Below are positions 58,572 to 64,000 of a stretch of 64,000 bases of DNA, piece by piece. Under the pieces are notes generated by a model that did no database searches, had not been told where the DNA came from, and worked only from the letters and a program-made list of their open reading frames with translations. How positions within the stretch are numbered: the stretch's first letter is position 1; each line of letters starts with the position of its first letter. The position numbers and the translations under genes were made by a program. The DNA comes from Ilumatobacteraceae bacterium (GTDB taxonomy: Bacteria > Actinomycetota > Acidimicrobiia > Acidimicrobiales > Ilumatobacteraceae): assembly GCA_013213745.1 (NCBI GenBank), contig JABSQH010000010.1:42293-106292 (forward strand), written 5' to 3'.

Positions 58572-59892
58572 CGGTCCGACCGGGTGGCGCTGCGCCGTTT
58601 GTGGCGCAACCCGAACGATCGGCGATCCGTCTCCGTGGCGATGCCCGAACGCCACCGCCACGGATCGGCACCATGTGTTGCTCCTCGACCAGCAGCCAGT
58701 TCCGATCGAGGCCGCCGCGGAGCGGCAGGCCAATCCGTTCCACGAGTTCGACACGAGGTGTGCCTGGGCGGCCTTTGCCGCGGCCAACGGGTTGCAGCGC
58801 TCGGATCGAGCGGCTCTCGTCGACCGCATCGACGATGGGCTGCACCGAATCGGGCGCAATGGGATCACCGCCACGCCGTTCGGGCGCGACGAGGCCCTGT
58901 CTTGTCATTTCGGAATGAGTGCGTCCGGTGGTGTGTACGTCAAGGACGAGACCGGCGCAGTCGCCGGCAGTCAGAAGGTGCGCCATCTCGCGTCGATCAT
59001 GCTGCACCTGTTGGCCGCGGAGGTCGCTGGGCACCGCCGGTCCGACGAACGTGAGCCCCTGGCCATCGCCTCGTGCGGGAATGCGGCGGTCGCAGCGGCG
59101 ACGTTGGCCGCCGCGGTCGAGTGGCCGATCGAGGTGTTCGTGCCCACGTGGATGGACGACTCGTTCGGGGCCTGGCTCCGCGAGCTCGGCGCAGTCGTAC
59201 ACCGGTGCCCTCGGCTCGACGACGATCCACCGGGTGATCCGGCGATGTTCCGGTTCCGCGAGGCGGTCGCGGGCGGCGCCATTCCGTTCACGGTGCAAGG
59301 TCCTGAGAATTCGCTGTGCCTCGACGGTGGTCGCACGATCGGCTGGGAGGTCGCCGCGGCGTGTGCCGATCGAGGAATCGCCGTTCCCGATCGCGCCGTG
59401 GTGCAGGTCGGCGGGGGAGCGTTCGCCGCGTCGTTGGCGGCGGGTCTCCGTGGCGATGGCCCAGTGCGTCTCGATCCGGTCCAGACCGCGGGTTGTGCGC
59501 CGCTCGCGCAGGCATGGCAGCGGGTTGCGCCCCGGCTCGTCGGTGCGGCGAGCGTGCCGAGCGACATCGCCCGTGAATGGGCCGAGGTGATGAGCCCGTG
59601 GCCCGACCCGCACTCGCTGGCCGATGGCCTGCTCGACGACGAGACCTACGACTGGGTGGCGGTGATGGACGGCCAGCTCGCCGTCGCGCCGGCGGGGCGC
59701 CCAATCGTGGTGTCCGAGGAGCGCATCGTCGAGGCCCATCAGCTGGCCACCGACGCCGGCTACCGGGTGTCGCCTACCGGCGCGGCAGGGCTGGCCGGCC
59801 TGCTGGCCGACCAGGACCGACAGCCGACTGAACGCGTGCTGCTCGTGATGAGTGGGGTCTCCCGCGAACCGCCTGGAGCGCCCGTCCGATAG
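58549..59892 (+). CDS. Threonine-synthase-like fold-type II PLP enzyme with an N-terminal Cys-knuckle
   Basis: WRCAVCG...WRCPNA zinc-ribbon-like start, candidate PLP-Lys in [31 protein letters not shown]. 23-nt overlap with the upstream gene. Confidence 0.6.
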   Translation: MLASPLPDGPTGWRCAVCGATRTIGDPSPWRCPNATATDRHHVLLLDQQPVPIEAAAERQANPFHEFDTRCAWAAFAAANGLQRSDRAALVDRIDDGLHRIGRNGITATPFGRDEALSCHFGMSASGGVYVKDETGAVAGSQKVRHLASIMLHLLAAEVAGHRRSDEREPLAIASCGNAAVAAATLAAAVEWPIEVFVPTWMDDSFGAWLRELGAVVHRCPRLDDDPPGDPAMFRFREAVAGGAIPFTVQGPENSLCLDGGRTIGWEVAAACADRGIAVPDRAVVQVGGGAFAASLAAGLRGDGPVRLDPVQTAGCAPLAQAWQRVAPRLVGAASVPSDIAREWAEVMSPWPDPHSLADGLLDDETYDWVAVMDGQLAVAPAGRPIVVSEERIVEAHQLATDAGYRVSPTGAAGLAGLLADQDRQPTERVLLVMSGVSREPPGAPVR

Positions 59893-59908
59893 CGTTTCGA
59901 ACACGACT

Positions 59909-62152
59909 TTGAACCGAACGTCGGGGTGGGCCATCGCGGGCATCATCGGGACCACCGTCGCCACCGCAGGTGTCGGCTTCCTCGGCGCGCCCACGGGCGC
60001 CCAGACCGATGCCCTCCAGCTCGAGCCGGCATCACAGCTGGCCGGTGACGGCGGACCAATCGGCGGGGCACCGCGGGTGCCACAGGTCTCCGACGACGGC
60101 TGGATCGTGGTGTTCGAACACGACGATGGCGTGGTGGTACGCAATCGTGAGGTCGACGCCACCGACGTGATCGATGCAGCCGGTCAGGCACCGGCGCTGA
60201 GTGGCGACGGGTGCATCGTGACCTACGCCGTTCCGGACGAGGCCAACGGTGCGACCGGCGCAGACCCGGCCACCGAACTGCGGGCGGTCGACCGCTGCAC
60301 CGCCCCCGCCGGTCCATTCGTGCCGGAGGTCGTGGGCTCTGTCGCTGCCGCGCCACCTGCGCTCGGAACCGGAGCAGTGTCGACTGACGGTTCCGTCGCC
60401 GCATGGTCGACCGGGGCCGAGGTCGTGCGTTACACGCGTGCTGTGGACGGCAGCGGCGGCGCCACCTGGACGCTCGTCGATCAGTTCGACGCTGCGCTCG
60501 AACCCACACCCGGGCAGACGACCGGCCCCGATCTGGCGATGACGGCCGACGGCGCACGTATTGCGTTCACCGCCGACGACCAGGTGTACCTCTGGACGAA
60601 CGACGACCCCAATCCGGTGATCTCGCTGCTGTCGGCAGCCAACGAGAACGTTCCCGCCACCGGGGTGTCTGGCGCGCCGTCGATCTCTGCCGACGGCAAT
60701 CTTGTCGTGTTCCAGTCCGACGCCACCGACCTTCCGCCGATCGCCGCCGATGCGTCGGCGACAACACCCGCCGTCGTCTTGTACGACATCGCCGATCCGG
60801 CCGCTCCGATTGCCCGCCTGTTGGCGAGTTCGGCCACGTCGCCCGAGTTGGCTCCCGACGGCCGCGCCCTGCTGTATCAACGCGATGGTGCTCTGCGGCT
60901 ACTCCGGTCGCTCGACGACTCGCTCGGCGAAGACTCCCGGTTCGCGAGCACCGACGACTCGGACCTAGCGGCCTCGGTGGGTGCCGACGTGGCCGCGCTC
61001 GTGCCGGCGACTGGGGCACGCATCGCCAATGCCGACTCTGCCGGTATCGGGAATCGGGCCGTCACCTTCGACGCGCCGGCGCGCACCGATCTGACCACCG
61101 ACGTCCGCTTCCACACCGAAGCGCAAGTGTGGGTGCACGCCGTGTCGGTCGACCCGCCACCGCCGCCGACGACCACGACGACCACCACCGAGGCGCCGTC
61201 GACGACCAACACCACCGAGCCGACCGATACCACTGATTCGACGACGACCGGCCCGACCACGACCGTGCCAGGCAACTTCGTCGTTCCCGGCGAAGGCGGC
61301 ACCGCAAACCCGGGCGTACCGCTGCCTGGACTCGGCACGATCGACGGCGGCGCTGTGGTCAACAACAGTGGATTCCCGTCGACGGGCGGGAGCGAGTCCG
61401 GCTCTTCGGAAAGCGGATCCAGCTCAAGCGGCGGTTCGAGTTCATCCGGGTCGAGCGGCTCGTTCGGTCGGAGCAGCTCGGGCAGTTCCAGCGGATCGAG
61501 CGGCTCGAATACGACGACTGCGACGACCACAGTGCAACTGCGCGTGCAGCCGAATCCGCTCGAGTTCGCGCCCACCATCATCAACGCGGGCCGCCGCATC
61601 GCCACCGCACAGGTCGACGGTGGAACCGCGTCGGTATCGGTCGCGTCGGTGGCAATCACCGAGGGCGACGACTTCACCATCAGCAACGACGGCTGCAGTA
61701 GTGAGACGGTCGGCAACGGCGGCACCTGCTCGATCGATGTCGCCTTCTCCCCGACCACCGCAGGCACGCTCACCGCTCAGTTGACCGTGCAGTTCTCCGA
61801 CGGTTCGAGCTCGGTGACCAGCCTGACGGGTGTCGGTGCGCCAACTCCAGTACTGGTCGCAGTGCCCGACGTGGTGGTCGCCGGGCAAGTGATCGCGCTG
61901 CGCGGGTCAGGCTTCCCAGCGGGGGCCACGGTCGAGTGGGTCTTCGATGGCTCCGCCGATTCCGGCAACGTTGTGGTCGATGAGCAGGGTTCGTTCGCCG
62001 AGACGATCGTCGTGTTGCCACGCACGACAGCAGGTCCGCACACCATCGCCGTCGAGGCGCAAGAGGACCTGTTCGGTGACGTGTCAGCAGAGTTGATCGT
62101 CGGTGATCGCAGCGACCGCAGCACCGCGGTGCTCGGTCAGCTTGGGCGCTAG
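59909..62152 (+). CDS. Large secreted multidomain protein: TolB/PD40-like beta-propeller repeats, P/T and S/G linkers, choice-of-anchor-D-like and Ig-like (TIG-like) domains
   Basis: Signal-like NRTSGWAIAGIIGTTVATAGVGFLGAPTGAQT (TTG at 59909; the ORF opens at 59852). Repeated xSxDGxxVaF motifs (LSGDGCIVTYA, VSTDGSVAAWS, MTADGARIAFTAD, ISADGNLVVFQSDATDL, LAPDGRALLYQRDG). PPPPPTTTTTTT and GSESGSSESGSSSSGG tracts. LEFAPT...GGTCSIDVAFSPTTAGTLTAQLTV. Confidence 0.7.
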   Translation: MNRTSGWAIAGIIGTTVATAGVGFLGAPTGAQTDALQLEPASQLAGDGGPIGGAPRVPQVSDDGWIVVFEHDDGVVVRNREVDATDVIDAAGQAPALSGDGCIVTYAVPDEANGATGADPATELRAVDRCTAPAGPFVPEVVGSVAAAPPALGTGAVSTDGSVAAWSTGAEVVRYTRAVDGSGGATWTLVDQFDAALEPTPGQTTGPDLAMTADGARIAFTADDQVYLWTNDDPNPVISLLSAANENVPATGVSGAPSISADGNLVVFQSDATDLPPIAADASATTPAVVLYDIADPAAPIARLLASSATSPELAPDGRALLYQRDGALRLLRSLDDSLGEDSRFASTDDSDLAASVGADVAALVPATGARIANADSAGIGNRAVTFDAPARTDLTTDVRFHTEAQVWVHAVSVDPPPPPTTTTTTTEAPSTTNTTEPTDTTDSTTTGPTTTVPGNFVVPGEGGTANPGVPLPGLGTIDGGAVVNNSGFPSTGGSESGSSESGSSSSGGSSSSGSSGSFGRSSSGSSSGSSGSNTTTATTTVQLRVQPNPLEFAPTIINAGRRIATAQVDGGTASVSVASVAITEGDDFTISNDGCSSETVGNGGTCSIDVAFSPTTAGTLTAQLTVQFSDGSSSVTSLTGVGAPTPVLVAVPDVVVAGQVIALRGSGFPAGATVEWVFDGSADSGNVVVDEQGSFAETIVVLPRTTAGPHTIAVEAQEDLFGDVSAELIVGDRSDRSTAVLGQLGR

Positions 62153-62155
62153 CTG

Positions 62156-63337
62156 CTATTCGTCGTCGGCGGCGAAGCCCAGCAAGGTCGCACCGACGTT
62201 GCAGTTCGTCGCCCCTGGTCCGGGCGTGATGCAGTCGACGGTGATGTCGATCGTGCTGCCGGCGGGGAACACGAACGGAGCGACGAAGTGGAAGTCGAGG
62301 TCGCGGAAATTGGCCAGCTCGGATTCGAGCAGCACGTCGCCGTTGCGACGGAGTGCGACGTTGCCGACCGCACCCGATGGATTCTGGAACACGACGTCGG
62401 TCAACGAGACTTCGACACCGGTGGCCACCGTCGAGCTGGCGCTCGACGTACTGCCCTGGGCGGGTTCGACGGCGAGGCGCAGGTCGTACGGGGTGCCGAA
62501 GGGCAGTTCCGACGCCGCCTCGGCGGCCGCCTCGAACTCGGCGAGGCGCAGGTCTTGGAGTGCACGATCGCGGGCCAACGCTTCGGCCGCAGCGTTGTCG
62601 GCGGTATCAGACACCCACGGAGCGAGGAATCCGAACCAGATGATCGCGCTGAGCAGCAACGCTGCAGCGGCGCCGGCGGCGGCGGGCCCGATCCAGGGAC
62701 GGACGCGTGGGAGCTGCTCGTACACGCCGTGCAGCTCGTGTGTTTGCGCATCGCTGCCGGTAGCGGTGATCAGCACCTCGTGCTCGCGCGGGCTCCCGCT
62801 CCAGAACTTCTCCGTCGGCTCGACGCGCAACTCCGCGGCGCCGGTGTCGCTCGGATCGGCGGTGATCACCGTCGTGGTCAGCACCGGACGGGCGCCCGCC
62901 GAGGTGGTCGCGATCATCTCGACCGCCACGGGAACGTTGCCGGTGTTGTCGACCTCGATGCGGTGGCGTCCGGTCGACCCCGAGCGGGAACGTTCAGGAA
63001 CCAGCCGCAGGGCGTACTCGGTCCATGGGAGCACCTCGATCGAAGCCGCAGCGGTCGTCAGCTCATCGTCGCCGCTGCGCACTTCGACGATCGCCTCGTG
63101 ATCACCGGCAACCACCGCCGGACCGATGTCGACGAGGACGGGCACCTCGAAGGTCTCCCCGGCGTCGAGATGGACCGTGTCGGACTGGGCCGAGGTGATC
63201 GACGACAGCGTGCCCGCTGGTGTGATCGTGACGAGTTGTCCGTCGTCGCCATCGTTGGACAAGCGCAGCGAGAGCCCGGCGGCGCTCCCGGTCGATGACG
63301 TGACGCGGTCGGGGAACAGCGTTGCGGTGACCGCCAT
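62156..63337 (-). CDS. Hypothetical bitopic membrane protein (two beta-rich N-terminal modules, one TM, C-terminal beta-rich domain)
   Basis: Start at the ATG at 63337 (MAVTATLFPDR); upstream ORF codons are antisense to clpP. Single TM PAAAGAAAALLLSAIIWFGFLAPWV. No family motif recognised. Confidence 0.6.
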   Translation of the reverse strand: MAVTATLFPDRVTSSTGSAAGLSLRLSNDGDDGQLVTITPAGTLSSITSAQSDTVHLDAGETFEVPVLVDIGPAVVAGDHEAIVEVRSGDDELTTAAASIEVLPWTEYALRLVPERSRSGSTGRHRIEVDNTGNVPVAVEMIATTSAGARPVLTTTVITADPSDTGAAELRVEPTEKFWSGSPREHEVLITATGSDAQTHELHGVYEQLPRVRPWIGPAAAGAAAALLLSAIIWFGFLAPWVSDTADNAAAEALARDRALQDLRLAEFEAAAEAASELPFGTPYDLRLAVEPAQGSTSSASSTVATGVEVSLTDVVFQNPSGAVGNVALRRNGDVLLESELANFRDLDFHFVAPFVFPAGSTIDITVDCITPGPGATNCNVGATLLGFAADDE

Positions 63338-63371
63338 CTGCTGAACGGTACCGCAGCGGTAGCCTGAAACG

Positions 63372-63971
63372 ATGTCCACCACTCCCATCGGTACAGGCCC
63401 GGCGATGCTCGAGGCTGGGTTCGATCCCCGCTCGGCGGTCTTTGATCGGCTCCTCAAGAATCGCGTTGTCATGCTCGGTTCGGAGGTCAACGACGACATC
63501 GCCAACCAGATCTGCGCGCAGCTGCTGTACCTCGAGGGCGAAGACCCCAACGCCGACATCTGGCTGTACGTCAACAGCCCGGGCGGTTCGGTCACCGCCG
63601 GCATGGCGATCTACGACACGATGCAGTTCGTCGGCTGCGACGTCGCCACGGTGTGTCTCGGCCTCGCCGCATCGATGGGCCAGTTCCTGCTGACCGCAGG
63701 CGCTGCGGGCAAGCGCTACACGCTGCCCAACGCCCGCATCATGATGCATCAGCCGCTCGCCGGATTGCGCGGTCAGGCCGCCGACATCGCCATTCAGGCC
63801 GAGCAGTTGCGGTACACCAAGCGGCGCATGGCCGAACTCATTGCCGAGCACTCGGGCCAGACGCTCGAGCAGATTCAGAACGACAGCGAGCGCGACCGTT
63901 GGTTCACCGCCGACGAGGCGAAGGAGTACGGCCTCTGCGACGAGGTCATCAACCGCCGCGGCGAGATCTGA
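63372..63971 (+). CDS. clpP: ATP-dependent Clp protease proteolytic subunit
   Basis: YLYVNSPGGSVTAGMAIYDTM-like block (WLYVNSPGGSVTAGMAIYDTMQF), active-site Ser in GLAASMGQFLL, and His in MMHQP. Confidence 0.95.
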   Translation: MSTTPIGTGPAMLEAGFDPRSAVFDRLLKNRVVMLGSEVNDDIANQICAQLLYLEGEDPNADIWLYVNSPGGSVTAGMAIYDTMQFVGCDVATVCLGLAASMGQFLLTAGAAGKRYTLPNARIMMHQPLAGLRGQAADIAIQAEQLRYTKRRMAELIAEHSGQTLEQIQNDSERDRWFTADEAKEYGLCDEVINRRGEI

Positions 63972-64000
63972 GCCTGCGTTCAGCGACAACTGGTGCCCGG

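Noticed and set aside
63972-64000. Possible start of a second clpP paralog after clpP.
   Set aside because: Only 29 nt remain in the window, which is insufficient to call anything.

Overview
This is a high-GC, actinobacterial-type chromosomal segment, possibly Acidimicrobiia-like (guess only). It is densely coding on both strands, with about 60 genes and no transposase, integrase, CRISPR array or rRNA/tRNA gene. The only RNA gene I can support is the tmRNA (ssrA, minus strand 45724-46123), next to smpB.

Housekeeping content: ahcY (partial), comF-like/secA/prfB/ftsE/ftsX, purU, a TrmH-family methyltransferase, menB, cofE, smpB-ssrA, a Mec-like JAMM protease with a cysteine synthase, murI-rph-rdgB and clpP.

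Transport content: a peptide-type ABC operon ordered ATPase-ATPase-SBP-SBP-permease-permease, whose SBP gene is tandemly duplicated; a DrrAB-like ABC-2 exporter; and a NitT/TauT-type ABC system with two permeases and an NMT1/THI5-like SBP.

Other content: an OmpR/HK two-component pair, a P450, NDH-2, two crotonases, two alpha/beta hydrolases, a truncated globin, and several secreted or lipoproteins with acidic or Thr/Ser/Pro-rich linkers.

Points worth a second look:
- a membrane EEP-family (endonuclease/exonuclease/phosphatase) protein translationally adjacent to an 805-aa FtsK/HerA-like ATPase with a coiled-coil tail
- a DUF2461 gene followed by two atypical fold-type-II PLP enzymes in one operon
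- a divergent PatA-type GNAT/acyl-CoA-synthetase and HDAC-family deacetylase pair
- apparent gene decay: a 5'-short and frameshifted ECF sigma, a frameshifted RskA-like anti-sigma, and a multiply disrupted MFS gene
- a Mec-CysM pair without cysO
- the prfB-ftsEX cluster lying about 30 kb from an inverted smpB-ssrA

All functional calls come from motif recognition in the supplied translations. No database search was run. Many long ORFs in the track are antisense or frame-shadow artefacts of high GC and were not called.
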